Of a stretch of DNA of 64,000 bases, positions 12,296 through 27,170 are shown one piece after another. Source of the stretch: the human T2T-CHM13v2.0 reference genome, Homo sapiens; NCBI RefSeq assembly GCF_009914755.1, contig NC_060928.1. One strand, 5' to 3'. The notes beneath the pieces were generated by a model. It was given only the letters and a program-made list of their open reading frames with translations, did not search any database and was not told where the DNA came from. How positions within the stretch are numbered: the first letter of the stretch is position 1; every line of letters begins with the position of its first letter. Position numbers and translations under genes: made by a program.

Positions 12296-13287
12296 TGACT
12301 ACAAAACACTGATTAAAGAACTCAAAGAAAGCCTAAATAAATAGAAACACACCCTGTTCATGGATTGGAAAACTCAGTATGTTGACATGACACTTTTCAT
12401 TAAATTGTTCTACAAATTTAACACAATATTAATCAAACTCCAAGTGGGAATTTTTATAGATCTAGACAATGGACTCTAGAATTTATATGAAAAGGAATGG
12501 GAGCTTGGATACACAAAATGATTTTATAAAGAAGAATAAAATAGAAATACTTATATTTTCCAATTTTAAGAATAGCTATAAAGCCACATTAATCAACAAA
12601 TTGTGGTTTTGGCAAAAGAATTGCCACATAGATCAATAAAACAGAATAGAGCATACAGAAACAGACCCACACAGGCCTGTTTCCTGACTGTGGTGGTTGT
12701 TATAGGAATTCATACATAGGTTAAAATTCATAGAAATGCATGCTCCCCCCGAATTTTTCAAGTCGATCTTGATATTTGTTAATTTAAAAGATACAGTAAA
12801 AACAGTATTTAAAATAAAATAATAATTATGACTCTAGAAAAATAAAATTGCTACTGGAGAAAGCAAATGAAGAAAGATGAAGGTCAACTTATTTTGGTGG
12901 TCCAGAATGCATATATTATGAATATTAAAGAGAAATTATAAATCACATACAATTAAATTTGGCATATTTAAGACTCAATGAGAGATGACAGAGATTGGAG
13001 TTGGGGTTAAAATTATGCCTTTTAACCTTGAGGTTGACCTTGGGTGGAACTGGGTAATTTTGAACATACAATTGAAGGTCCTATGTTTTAATAATAGTTT
13101 GCCCAGAACATCTGCCATTGTGACTTAACACACAAACACTAAGAAAATAGATTTTGCCAAGAATCCTCTGATTAAAAGCATGTAGAGAACAAAGGGGCAG
13201 TTCAAAAGAAAGACATTCAGGTAATAGAAAACGAGAAAGGTGAAAAGTCACTTTGTATATTGTAATCCTTTATATCAAAGGTTTTGA

Positions 13288-13340
13288 AGTGTGTGTATGT
13301 GTGTGCGCACACGCACGTGTGTGTATGTGTGTATGTATGT
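13288..13340. repeat. Alternating purine-pyrimidine (GT/GC/AC/AT) tract
   Basis: gtgtgtgtatgtgtgtgcgcacacgcacgtgtgtgtatgtgtgtatg. Confidence 0.85.
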
Positions 13341-13594
13341 ACTCACTTTTTTTCCTTATCAGACCATGTTTCTTCAGTACCAGAGCCAAGGTAGAAGAGA
13401 CTTAGAAGTGCTAATCTTGTTAAGGGTGTGAAGTGGGGGTGGAGTGCTCCTAATAGCGTATGTGACAAGAAGGTAATTTAAAATATTAGGCACGGTGCTT
13501 TTACTTAGATTGTGTGCTGTTTTGGGTTAGATGTGGTGAACAATAAAGATCACAGTGGATCTAACCATTCCCCAGCCATCTATTAACACTGTCA

Positions 13595-13697
13595 ATGACA
13601 AGAGATATATTGTTCATGTTTGTGCTCCCTGCAACACTTAGCATACTGACTAGCACTGGCACATAGTAAATGCTTAATAAACAATTGTTCTAATGAA
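13595..13697 (+). mobile_element. L2 3' end relic
   Basis: ctggcacatagtaaatgcttaataaacaattgtt. Confidence 0.65.
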
Positions 13698-14558
13698 ATT
13701 GAGTAGGGCATTTCTTCCAATTCTAAGTCATCTCTTAAATTCTTCGAGATCAGTCCACATAAGATAGGATGCAAAAGATGTTAAGAGGCCACTTGAAGAA
13801 TAATTATATCTCTTGTGCTAAATTCTTAGAATAATTCTGATTCTCAATTAAACAAAGTTATTGTTTAAGGTGAGTACAGAAAGCTGAATAAGTTGGAATA
13901 AATTCCAACTGTAAAAGAAGCACAATATCTTAAGAAATTAAAATGTGTGGGTTGATAGTTACTGCTCAGACTCTTCATGGAGAACAGCTCATTATATTAG
14001 TAAACACTTTTTATTTTGAAATTGAATGTAATTGTTTCACTAGAATTTATGCAAAAGTTAATCGATTATGGTACCAACAAGTTAAAGATTTTGAAACATG
14101 AACATAATTTTTGATCAAGGTATCTAATAAAGTATTTGAGTGAACAAAACAATGACCTTTGGATCTGTCATTGCTTTGCCTGGGTGATTAATTTCAATTT
14201 TTTTGCTTTACACACCCTGTCATAAACTTTTTTATTTACACTTTATTGTAACTGACTTCATGACATTTGCTCTTGCTTAATAATAATCGGTTAACAGCAA
14301 GGGCAGGTGTTCTCAAGGATGTGGCCCTTCCATGCAGTGAAATCTAAACAGTTTTAAAAATCATCATAAAAAGTATAAACATAAAACTGCCTCATTCTAG
14401 TGTCTGAAAGGGAAAAAGATGTCTATGCAAAGAACGAGTCAAGAATGGAGAACTTGAAAGGTAAAATTGGTAATAACATGCCCATTCTAAATTTATTTGT
14501 TGCTCTTCCTTTTAATACTTGTCTTTCATATATCATAACCAGTGATGACCTCTGCTAA

Positions 14559-14836
<278 letters not shown>

Positions 14837-15899
14837 ACAACCTAGTTTTTACATGGATTTCATTCTTTTTGTGGTATGTAAAAATTATACATAAACTTCT
14901 GGTTGAATTTCTGTAGAGCTTAAGTCTGACTGCTGATTTTCTGAGATCATAACAATAATCCACTTCCTTATGGCCATATTTTCTTTTATGAAATGCTTTT
15001 TTCGCTAATAAACACAATGTGTCCTGCTCCCATTCTCAATTTAGAAATAGATTCTCCCTTTCTTTCATTAGCTCACCTTCGACCACTTAAGTTCCAAGTT
15101 CCCTCCAGAATGGAAGCCTTCTACATTCATTCTTCCAGAATTTCCTTCTCCAGTCCCCTGGTCACGTCAGCTTCTGCAAAATGGTCTAAAGATCTCCTTG
15201 AAAGCTGCCCCCATTCTTCTCTAGGTCTTTTCTCCAGAAAAATTGAGATCATCAAATATAATCTTTAAACAAGGATGAATCGAGGCAGGTTTAAAAATTA
15301 ATGTACAATCCGAAAAAGTTTATGTAGCCATTAGAGTATTGACTTGGATTAATTTATTAGTTATTTAGTGTCCTGCAGGGACTACTTTCAGGACCCTCTT
15401 GAACCAAAAGGATAGGCTCAAATTAATCTTGTTCTTGGAGAAACAGTGGGAGTCAGAATGAAAAAGAGAAACATCATAATGGGTGGAGAGAAAAGTGAAG
15501 ACAGATAGGGAAAGAGAGAGAAGAAGAGAGAAAGAGACTGATTTAGTGGTAATCAGAATAATATTGGTGGTTGGAGGAAAAGGCACCAGTAAAGAAGTAG
15601 CAGAAAGAATTATCAAAAGGAAGATAGATCCTGCTGGACACAAAATAGAAGCGAGATAACCCTCCTTAAGAATGTTTTGCTTGGAGAAGGTTTCTATCCT
15701 AAATCCCAACCCTAATAAACTGATGAGCATTCACGTCTTCATTTTTAAAAGAAACTTTGGTTTGGACCATTGGTTTTAGACCATTTCTCTATTTAAATTC
15801 AAATACCTGAGGAGGTTACTGTTATTTCAAAATATCTTATTGGTTCTTAATTCCAATTTGTGAATTAATTCATTACAGAAAGTTGACATATAATCACTG

Positions 15900-16370
15900 A
15901 ATCAACTAAGATGCTTTTGTATGCAAGAAACAGAAATCCTCCCTCCCCCTCACAAACTGAATTATATAGTAAAGGGATTGGCTCAAGTAACAGAGAAGCT
16001 CTTGGATCAGTGAGGGTTTAGGCACGGTTTGATCCACATTTTCACAATGTTATCAGGGCTCTTCATCTATTTCTCTACAATCTTAGCTCTGTCTGCCTCC
16101 ATGGGTTGAATTTGTTCTCAAAGTGGCCTCCCTAATGCTAGCTTTCAGTAGTCCATAGCCCTATATGTTTCCTCCTTCACAGCCAGAGGAAGAAAGTATG
16201 TATTTTTCCCACTAGTGAAACAGAAGTCCTGAGCTCCACCCTGATTAAACTAAATTAGGTAACGCATCTATCCTTGAAGCAATCATTGTGTCTAGAGACA
16301 TGGCATTTTCTTGGTCGACTTAAATCACAGAGCCCATCTCTGCAATCATGGAAAGAGGTTGAATGTAGGG
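15900..16370 (-). mobile_element. MLT1 (J/K-like) LTR relic
   Basis: cttttgtatgcaagaaacagaaatcc start; ccttgaagcaatcattgtgtctag motif. Confidence 0.6.
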
Positions 16371-16877
16371 GAGGTAACTAGAGGGTTCGCTATTTTACCA
16401 CAGGACGCTTCCATTTCCAACAGGAAAGTCATGTCATAGACACAAACTGCCACATTCTCAGAGTAATGACCAGGGTGATTGTATTTAGTCATGGAAAAGC
16501 TGTGTCATCTTCATCTATTTCTACAGAAAAGTTTAACCTGCCAGTCCAGTCCAGACCCTTATGGTAGGTTCTGGTGAACCTCTGTACTGCAGTGGAAAAA
16601 TCACCACCACCCCTAAACCTCTCTCCAGAATAGGTCACTTTGGTTCTAGATATAATTCTGCCGGAATTTTTGTCTTTCCTCTGCTCTCAAATGACATCAT
16701 TCTTGCATTTTTTTAAAGCTAACAATAAAGTGAGTTAAAAACAACTAGGTTGTTTTCAGTTATTTCTAATGAATTTTGTCCTTATAACCAAAATCTTGAA
16801 GACTTAATCAACTTACATACTTGGGAGATTAAAAGCGTTTTGGTTTTCTTTTTTTTTAACTAAGAAGGACAAGCTGA

Positions 16878-17142
16878 ATCTGGTTTTAGCCCTTGACCGC
16901 ACATTAGAGTCACCTGGGTGCCTTGACCCTTCCTAGTATGATTCAAGTTTAATTAGTCCCAAGTGAGACCCGGGCACCCATATTTTTTAAAAATCTCCAT
17001 TGACATACAATTCATGTAAAATTCACACACATAAATATGTAAAATTCAATGACATTTAGTATATTCACAGAGTTATTGTACCCACATTTTTAATGCTCCC
17101 TGAGAATTCTAACAGGCAGATAGGTAGGGTTGAGAACAACTG
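16878..17142. mobile_element. MER5 (hAT-Charlie) relic interrupted by a short antisense L1M 3' fragment (~16995-17080)
   Basis: gcacattagagtcacctggg...gggttgagaacaactg; the insert atttagtatattcacagagtt is an L1M 3'UTR motif. Confidence 0.65.
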
Positions 17143-17983
17143 AATTAAAGCAAATTGTTAGACTTTGAGTCAATCTAATAATCAGCAGAACTATACGTTT
17201 AAAATTATCATTAAAAATTCTAAAATTATGTGAATTTTAAAAAACTAATAGGCTACGTTTAGAGAAGTTTTATGTTCACATTAAAATTGAGTGGCATGTA
17301 CAGAGGTAAATTATATATTTTACCTATTAAATTCTCTAATTTAATTTAACTGGTACTCCAAGTCTGTGAGAAAACAGAAAAGTCTTTAATAATCTTAGAA
17401 AAACATCACAAAATGGGTACTCTTCCTGTAAAGAGTTACTTTGTATGCATTTGAAATAGAAAGTAAAACCAGAATAAGGTTTTCTCTCTTTCTGTCTCTC
17501 TTTAAAAAAATCGATTTAGCAACTTATTGATCAACACCTCTGGCTCTCCTTTATTGGAGAAATAAAGCATTCAAACAACATTTCAGTGATAAGTAACTGA
17601 AAATATCCAATATTAATCTAATCCCTATGCATTCTTTTCTACCTTTGATATAAAAGATTGAGAAGCATTGCAGATACATATTTCACAGTGGTATTGTCAT
17701 TTGCTTTGAAAGAAATATTGATCATTCTCAAGTAAATTTGGTTTACAGAAAACATTTATAATCAGAAAAGTTTGATATGAAATATTTAGTATAAAAAGTT
17801 ACTTAAACTGCAATAAAGGAAAAAGGTGATTACACTGGTAGTTTCTGAATCATATTAAAGTAAATGGAAATTTGTCTAACAATTTAGTGAATTTAGACTG
17901 CGTTGCCAACTAATAAGATCCACCTAACCAAATACTATTCTTAGTGTTGGTATGGAAAAGTAATAGAAGGAAAACAACATAGA

Positions 17984-18028
17984 AGGTAGTGGTTAGGAGA
18001 GAGAATTCTGGAGTCAGAAAAACCTTAT
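17984..18028 (+). mobile_element. MIR 5' part, split by the L1 insertion
   Basis: gtagtggttaggagagagaattctggagtcaga matches the MIR 5' end; the element continues at 26970. Confidence 0.7.
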
Positions 18029-18669
18029 CAGGAGGAGAGATGTCAGCAAGATGGCTGCCTGGAGATGCCTGAAGCTTACCTCCCCACCTGAGACAGGAGC
18101 AAGGCAATGGATAAACAGCTAAGATTTGACTGGAGTGCCAAAGGGCACTGGAGTGAAGTGGGGGAGTGGAGACACGATAGTGCTGATTGGAAGTCCAGGA
18201 GGACAGCATGGAGGCACCCTGCCTCTGCAGCCCCATCTTCCTCACGCAGATTGGATGTGCCTGGAGCCAAGAGGGACTTCCCATTGGGAGGAGAAGGTAG
18301 GTGGAAGAGTCCCACCGGCACCCATTCCCACAGCAAACACCTACAGTCCTTACTACAGTAGAATCCCATAGCCTTTGCAAGCCCTGAGTTCATTTTGGAG
18401 AGCAGCTGGGAATGCATACAGCTGCATTGCCCTGGATTAAAAGCACAAGTGTGCACTGCCCACTACCTGTAAGCCCAGCTTCTGCAGCACAGTGCCATCT
18501 TGAGATCAGAGACACCTCTAGAGTGTGCCCTGCTCTGGGGGCCAGTAGCCACTACACCTCTCCAGACCCAGGGCTCCATCTTCATTGTGCCAAGCAGAAC
18601 CGCTGTATTACTCCCCCAACCCCCCATGAGCCTCCGAGCAGCTAATAGACTCCTGGGCTAGTGGAGTGA

Positions 18670-19430
18670 CTACATGCCCATGCTGAGGACCTGAGAAACA
18701 GCCCTGCTGCACTGCCACCCCCACAGACATGCCTCTGGTGTCCTCAATAGCCTTTCATCCCCAATAAGGGCCTGAGAAACAATCCCACAAGCCACCCGTC
18801 ATGAGCACTCGTCCCATGGCCAGCAGAGAAGCCAAGAGCTCATATTCTGGGCCTAAGAAACAGCTCCATGGCCTGCCTCTGGTAGGCACACCCCCAGGCT
18901 GGCCAAGTAGCCATGTGCCTATGTTCCAGACTTGAGAAATAGCCCTGTAGGCCACCTCAGCAGACATACTCCCCCCAGGTCAGCCAAGTAACCTTTTGCC
19001 CATTCCCCAAGTCTGAGAAATAGACCTCTGGGTCTTCCCCTGCAACATACCCCTAGGCCAACTTAGCAGCCATGCAGCTTTGTCCCAGGCTGGAGAAACA
19101 GCCCCACTGGAGACCCTTCGCTAGCATACTCCCAGCTCAGCCAAGCATCCTTGCGCCCATGTCCTAAGTCAGAGAAACAGCCCTGTGGGCCACTCCTGGT
19201 AGACATATCCCCAGGCTGGCTGAGCAGCTGCATGCCCATGTCCTGGGCCTGAGAAACAGCCCCACAGCCTGCTTCTGGCAGACGTGCCCCAGGCTGGCTG
19301 AGCAAATGTGTGCCCATGCTCCTGGTCAGAGTAACAGCCCCATGGTCCCAACCCCAATGAGACAGACCCCAAATTGGCCAACCCATGTGCACACAGGTGC
19401 CCCCAACTTGAGAAACAGCCTGGTGAACCC
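18670..19430 (+). repeat. About 10 degenerate ~80-bp tandem units in the L1 5'UTR
   Basis: Anchor (c)tgagaaacagccc or a variant at 18691, 18772, 18853, 18932, 19013, 19091, 19170, 19249, 19327, 19408. Confidence 0.9.
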
Positions 19431-20842
19431 ACACCCAGCAACGCTATACCACCTCTGCCACAAATTCTCTCAGATAAGCCACTGAGAAACTTGCAAACAC
19501 TGCTAGTGTGTATTACAACTGAGGAAACTATATGACGACTCCACTGTTGTCTCCACCTAGAACCAAGGCCAATATACCAGACCAAACTGATATCCTAAGA
19601 CACATTAATATAAATGAGCCTTTTCTACAAAACCTACTCCATAAAATTGGAAGAGATGACTTTTCCACCTGATGTGAAGAAACCAATATAGGGACACATC
19701 AAACAAGAAAAAGCAAGGAAACATGTCTCTTTGAAAGGAAATATTAGTTCTCCAGTAACAGACCCTAATCATAAAGAAACATATGAAATTGAATTGAAAA
19801 AGAATTGAAAATAATAATCTTAAGCATACTCAGTGAGATACAAGAGAATACAGGTAGAAAATTCAATGAAATCAGGAAAATGTTTCATGGTTTCAATAAG
19901 AAGTTTAATAAAGAGATAGATATCATAAAATGAACCAAATAGAAATACTATAGCTGAAGTATTCAATGAATGAAATAAAGAATACAACTGAGAGATTAAA
20001 CAATAGACTAGGTAAATCGGAGGAAAGAATTTCTGAGCTTGAAGACAGGTATTTCAAAATAACACAGGCAGACAAAAATTTAAAAGAAAAAAGAATGAAG
20101 GAAGCCTACAGGATTCATGGGACACCACTGGGTGAACAAATATTTGTATAATGAATGCTCCAGAAGGAGAAGAGAAGGGAAAGGATGAAGAAAAACACAT
20201 TTAATGAAATTATAGCAGAAAATTTCTCAGGCTTTGGGAAAGAGATGGATGCCCAGGTCCAGAAAGCCCAAAGAATCCCAAATGGATTCAACCCAAACAG
20301 GTCCTCTCTGAGGCGTACAATAGTCAAATTATCAAAAATCAAAGACAAAAGAAAGAATTTTAAAAGGAGGTGGGGAAAAGAGTCAAGTCTTATATTAGGG
20401 AATCCTTATTAGATTAACAGTGCATTTCTCAGAGAAAACCTTACAGGCCAGGAGAGAATGGTATAGTATATTCTAAGTACTGAAGGAAAAAGATCTGTCA
20501 TTAAGAATATTAAACCAGGCAAAGCTATGCTTTAGAAATGATAGATAAGTAACATTTTCCACACACAAGCAAAAGCTAAGGGAATGCATCACTACTAGAC
20601 CAGCCTTACAAGAAATGCTCAAAGGAGTCTTATATTTGAAAGTGAAAAGACAATAACCACTATAATGAAAACATTCAAAACTATAAAATTGATAGAGCTG
20701 ATACACAAAGGAAAAAAAAGGAATCAAAGCTTATCACTATGGAAAACCACCAACCCTAAAAATAAACACTAGGAGGAGAAGTAAGGAACAAAGGATATAC
20801 AAACAACAACAACAACAAAAAAAAAAAAACAGAAAGCAATCA

Positions 20843-21179
<337 letters not shown>

Positions 21180-24100
21180 TTATCAATAATAACCTTGAGT
21201 GTTAATGAATTAAATTCCCTATTTAAAAGATATAGACTGGAAAAATGGATTTTTTTTAAAGACCCAACTATATATACTGCCTATAGGAAACTCATCTCAT
21301 CTCTACAGACACATAGACTGAAAGTAAAGACATGGAAAAGATATTTCATGCAAATGGAAAAAAAATTTAGCAGGAGTAGCTATAATTATATTAGACAAGA
21401 AAGACTTCAAATCAAAAGCTCCAAAAAGAGACAAAGAATGATATACTATAATAAAAAAGTGATTGATTCAGCAAGAATATAATAATTGTAAATACATGTG
21501 CACTCAACACTGGAGCATCCAGATATATATATATATATAGCAAATATCATTAGCTCTAAGGGGAGAAATAGACTCCAACACAATAATAGCTGGGGACTTC
21601 AACACCCCTCTCTCAACATTGGACAGATGATCTAGACTGAAAATCCACATAAAAATATTGAATTTAAGCAGTACCATAGACTAAGTAGATATTTACAAAC
21701 ATTTTAGCCAATAGCTGCAGAATACACATATGTTTCACCAGCATACGGAACATTCTCCAGGACTGACTATATGTCAAGAAAGAAAAAAAGTCTCAAAAAA
21801 GTTTTAAAAATAGAAATCTTATGAAGTATCTCACCTGACCACAATGGAATAAAACTACACAGTAATAACAAGAAGAACCTTCACAATTATACAAATACAT
21901 AGAAATTAAACAGCATGCTCCTGAACAACCAATGAGTGAAGGAAGAAATTATGAATAAAATTTAAAACTTTTTTGAAACAAATGAAAATATTAATAGAAA
22001 CACAACATATCAAAACCTATGGAACACAAAAAAAGCAGCATTAAGATGCAAATTTATAGCAATAAATGCCTACATTAGAAAACTAGAAAGATTTCAAAGA
22101 AACAACCTAGTGATGCACTCAAGGAACTAGAAAAGCAAGAATAAACCAAACCCCAAATTAGGAAAAGGAAACAATAGTAAAGATCAGAGCAGAAATAAAA
22201 TAAATTGAGACCAAAAAATACAAAAGATCAACAAAACAAAAAGTTGGTGTTTTGTAAAGATAAAACAGACAAACCATTAGCTAGACTGAGAAAAAAGAAA
22301 GAAGATCCAAGCAAATAAAATGAGAAACAAAAAAAGGAGACAGTACAAGACATACTACAGAAATACAAATGATAATGATAGACTACTATGAACACCTATA
22401 CACTAATAAATTTTAAAACCTGGAGAAAATGGATAAATTCCTGGACACATAGAACCTACCAAGACTGAACTAAGAAGGAATAGAAAACTGGAACAGATCA
22501 ATAACAAATAACAAGATTGAATCAGTATAAAAATTCCCCCAACAACCAGAAGCCCAGGATTAGATGGCTTCACTGCTGAATTCTACTAAACCTTTAAGAA
22601 GAATTAATACCAATTCTTCTCAAAAGTATTCCACACAATTAAAGGGGAGAGAATTTTTCTGAACTTATTCTATGAGGCCAGCGTAACTCTGATACTAAAA
22701 GCAGAGAAGGACACAACAACAACAAAAAAACGACCAGCCAATATCCCTAATGAACATACAGATAAAAATTCTCAGCAAAATACTAACAAACTAAATTCAA
22801 CGGTACTTCAAGAAGATAATACATCATGATCAAGTGGGATTTATACTAGGAATGCAAGAATTCATGTAAATCAATAAAAGTGATATATCGCAACAATAGA
22901 AAGTAAGACAGAAACCATATACTTATCTCAATAGACTTGGAAAAAGCATTTGATAAATTTAGCATCCCTTCATGATAAAAACCTTCAGCAAACTCTACAT
23001 AGAAGGAACAAACCTCAGCAAAATAAAGGTCATATGTGACAGACTCACAGCCAATGTTATACTGGGTGGGGAAAAATTGAAAGCTTTTCCTCTAAGAACT
23101 GAAACAAGACAAGCTTGCCCACTCTTACTTAACATAGTACTGAAAGTCCTAGCCAGGGCACTTAGGCAAGAAAAAGAAAAGGCATTCGAATTGGAAAGAA
23201 AGAAGTCAAATTGCCCCTGTTTGCAGATGACATGATTTTATATACAGAAAAACCTGAAGGCTGTACCAAAACTTTTGGAGCTGATGAATGAATTCAGTAC
23301 AGTTGCAAGATATAAAATTAATATATAAAAATTAGTAGTGTCTATACACAAATAACAAACTAATTGAAAAAAAACTCAAGAAGGCAATCACATTTACAAT
23401 AGCTACAAAAAAATACTCAGGAATAAATTTAACCAAGGAGATGAAAAACCTCTGCAGAAAAACCTCTGCAAATAACCTACAAAACACTGATGAAAGAAAT
23501 TAAAGAGAATACAAAAAAATTGAAAGATGTTCATGCTTATGGGTTGAAAGAATTAATATTGTTAACATTGCAATACTACTCAAAGCAATCTACAGATTCA
23601 ATGCTATCCTTATCAAAACACCAATGACATTCTTCACAGAAATAGAAGAAAAACTCTAAAATTTGTGTGTAAGCACAAAAGACCTCAAATAGCCAAAGTA
23701 ATTCTGAGCAAAAAGAATAAAACTGGAGACATCACAGTACCAAACCTCAAAATATACTATAAAGTTGTAGTAACCAAAACAGTGTGGTACTGGCATAAAA
23801 GCAGACACATAGACCAATGGAAGAGAATAGAGAACCCAGAAATTAATCCACCTATCTACAGCCAACCTATTTTGACAAAGGTGTCAAGAACACTTGCCAG
23901 GGAAAGGGCAGTCTCTTCAATAAACGGTTCTGCAAAAACTGGATATCCATATGCAGAAGAATGAAACTAGACCCCCCCACCTCTCACTTTATTAAAAAGA
24001 TCAACTTACACACAAAAAATAAAAATAAAAATAAAAGAAAAAAGAAAAAAATCAACTCAAAATGGATCAAAAACCTAAATGTAACACCACAAAGTATAAA

Positions 24101-24675
24101 ATGACTAGAAGAAAATGGGAAATGCTCTAGGACGTTAGTCTGGAAAAAGTCTTTATTAATAAGACCTCAAAAGCACAAGAAATAAAAGCAAAAATAAATA
24201 TGTGGGATTATATCAAGATAAAAAGCTTTTTCACAGCAAAGTAAACAATCAACAGAGTGAAAAGACAACCTACAGAATGGGAGAAAATATTTGCAAACTA
24301 CTCACCCAACAGGGAATTAATATTCAGAATATATAAGGAACTCAAACATGTCAACAGCAAAAAAAAAAAAAAAAAAAACTATTTGACTTCAACATGGGCA
24401 AATGATCTGAACAGATACTCCTCAAAAGAAGACATACAAATGGCCAAAAATATATGAAAAAATACTCAACATCACTAATTATCAGAAAAATGCAAATCAA
24501 AACCACAATAAAGTACCATTTCATCCCAATTAGATGGCTATTATCAAAAAGGCAAAAAATAACAAATGCTGGTAAGAATGTGGAAAAAAGGGAGCTCTTA
24601 TACACTGTTTGCGGCAATGTAAATTAATACAACTACTATGAAGAACAATTTGGAGGTTCCTCAAAAAAACTACAA

Positions 24676-25948
24676 ACAGTACTTACAGTCAACTGGTTTT
24701 CAACAAAGCATACAAAAACATAAATTGGGAAAGGACACCCTATTTAATAAATGATGCTGGGAAAACTGGCAAGCCACATGCAGAAGAATGAAACGGAATC
24801 CCCACCTCTCACCTTATACAAAAATTAACGCAATATCGATCAAAGACTTAAATCTAAGATGTGAAACTATAAGAATTCTGGAAGATATCATTGGAAAAAC
24901 TTCTGGACGGTGGCTTAGGCAAAGAATGCATGACTAACACCCTACAAGCAAATGCAACAGAAACAAAAATGAATAAATGGGAACTAACTAAACTAAAAAG
25001 CTTCTGCACAGCAAAAGAAATAATCAACAGAGTAAACAGATAATCCGCAGAGTGGGAGAAAATATTCACAAACTATGCATCTGACAAAAAACTAATATCC
25101 AGAATCTACAAGGAACTCAAACAAATCAGCAAGAAAAAAACAAACAATCTCATCAAAAAGTGGGAAAAGGACATGAATAGACATTTCTCAAAAGAAGATA
25201 TGCTTCCAGCAAACATATGAAAAAATGCTCAACCTCACTAATTATCAGGGAAATGCAAATTAAAACCACAATGAGATACCACCTTAGTCCTGCAAGAATG
25301 GCCAGATGTTGGCATGGATGTGGTGAAAAGGGAACATTTTACACTGCTGATGGGAATGTAAATCAGTACAAGCACTATGTAAAATAGTGTAGAGATTCCT
25401 GAAAGAACTAAAAGTAGTTCTACCACTTGATCCAGCAATCACACTACTGGGTGTCTACCCAAAGGAAAAGAAGTCATTATATGAAAAAGACACATGCACA
25501 TGCATATTTATAGCAGCACAATTCACAATTGCAAAGATATGGAATCAACCTCAGTGCCCACCAACAAAGAAGTGGATAAGGAAAATGTGGTATATATGCA
25601 CCATGGAATACTACTCAGCCATAAAAAGGAATGAAATAATGTCTTTTGCAGCAACTTGGATGGAGCTGGAGGCCATTATTGTAAGTGAAGTAACTCAGGA
25701 ATGGAAAACCAAATACTGAATATTCTCACTTTTAAGTGGGGAGTGTGCTATGATGATGCAAAAACATACAGAGTGATACAATGGACTTCAGGGACTTAGA
25801 GGGATAGATTGAGGCAGGAGGGATAAAAGAGTACATACTGGGTACAGTGTACACTGCTTAGGTGATGGGTGCACTGCAATCTTAGAATTCACCACTAAAG
25901 AACTCATCTCTGTAAAACCACCTATACTCCACAATCTGTTGGAAAAAA
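24676..25948 (+). mobile_element. 5'-truncated L1PB nested in the older L1, same orientation
   Basis: Repeats the ORF2 3' region; L1PB-type 3' end (gtgatgggtgcac...caccactaaagaact); poly(A); TSD aaaaaaactacaa at 24663-24675 and 25949-25961. Confidence 0.88.
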
Positions 25949-26638
25949 AAAAAAACTACAAGTAGAACTACCATATGATCCAGCAACCCCACTACTGGGA
26001 ATTTATCCAAAGGAGAAGAAATCATTATATCAAAAAGACATCTGCACTCTCATGTTTATTGCAGTATTATTTACAATATCCAAAATATGGAAATCAACCT
26101 AGGTATCCAATAACAGATGAAAAGATAAAGAAAATGTGGTATATATACACAATTGAATACTATTCATCCATAAAAAAGAATGAAATCCTGTCATTTGTGG
26201 CCACAGGGATGCAACAGGAGGACATTATGTTGAGTGAAATAAGCCAGAAATAGACGGTTAAACACCAAATATTCTCCCTCATATAAGGAAGCTAAAAAAT
26301 GTTGATCTTCTAGAAGTAAAAAATAAAATACAGAATACACGAGGCTGGGAAGTGTAGGGGAAAAAGAGGGATAAGAAAAGATCTGTTAAAGGACACAAAG
26401 TTACAGTTAGATACGAGGAATAAATTCTAGTTTTCTATACTACTGTAGGGTGACTATAGTTAGCAAAAATATATAGTTTCTAATAGCCAGAAGGAGAATA
26501 TTGAATGTTCCCAATACAAAGGAATGATAAATGTTTGAGATAATACATATGCTAATTACCCTGATCTGATCACTATGCATTACATGTATCAAAACATCAC
26601 TATGTATCCCACAAAATATGTACAATTATTTGTTAATT

Positions 26639-26941
<303 letters not shown>

Positions 26942-26969
26942 AATTATTTGTTAATTTAAAAAACCTTAT

Positions 26970-27170
26970 TGAGTCTCCTCCACAAATTGTCACTGTAACT
27001 TTAGGGAAGATATATTATATCTAATCTTAATTTCCCCATCAAAATAATTGAGAGAATTAATAGTATCTTCTTCCTAAGGAAGTTGTAAGGATTAAATGGG
27101 GCATAATATATTTATATGTCAAGCAGTTAGCTCAGGGCATAATGCCTAATAAATATTCAATTAACATAAA
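26970..27170 (+). mobile_element. MIR 3' part, continuing 17984-18028
   Basis: ctgtaactttagggaag...ttccccatc...gttgtaaggattaaatg. Confidence 0.7.

Larger units (their letters stand above)
8985..12815 (+). mobile_element. Old L1M (L1MC/L1ME-like) with large internal deletions
   Basis: ORF1-like gtcccagaaggagaaga...gctgaaaacttcccaaatt; endonuclease- and RT-like segments (gatgcagaaaaaagatttgataaaattc, atagatgatatg); L1M-type 3' end at ~12680-12800; 5' boundary uncertain. Confidence 0.85.

Noticed and set aside
18670-19430. Regularly spaced motif resembling a CRISPR array
   Set aside because: The intervening sequences are homologous to each other rather than unique spacers, the repeats are degenerate, no cas genes are present, and the array lies in a primate L1 5'UTR
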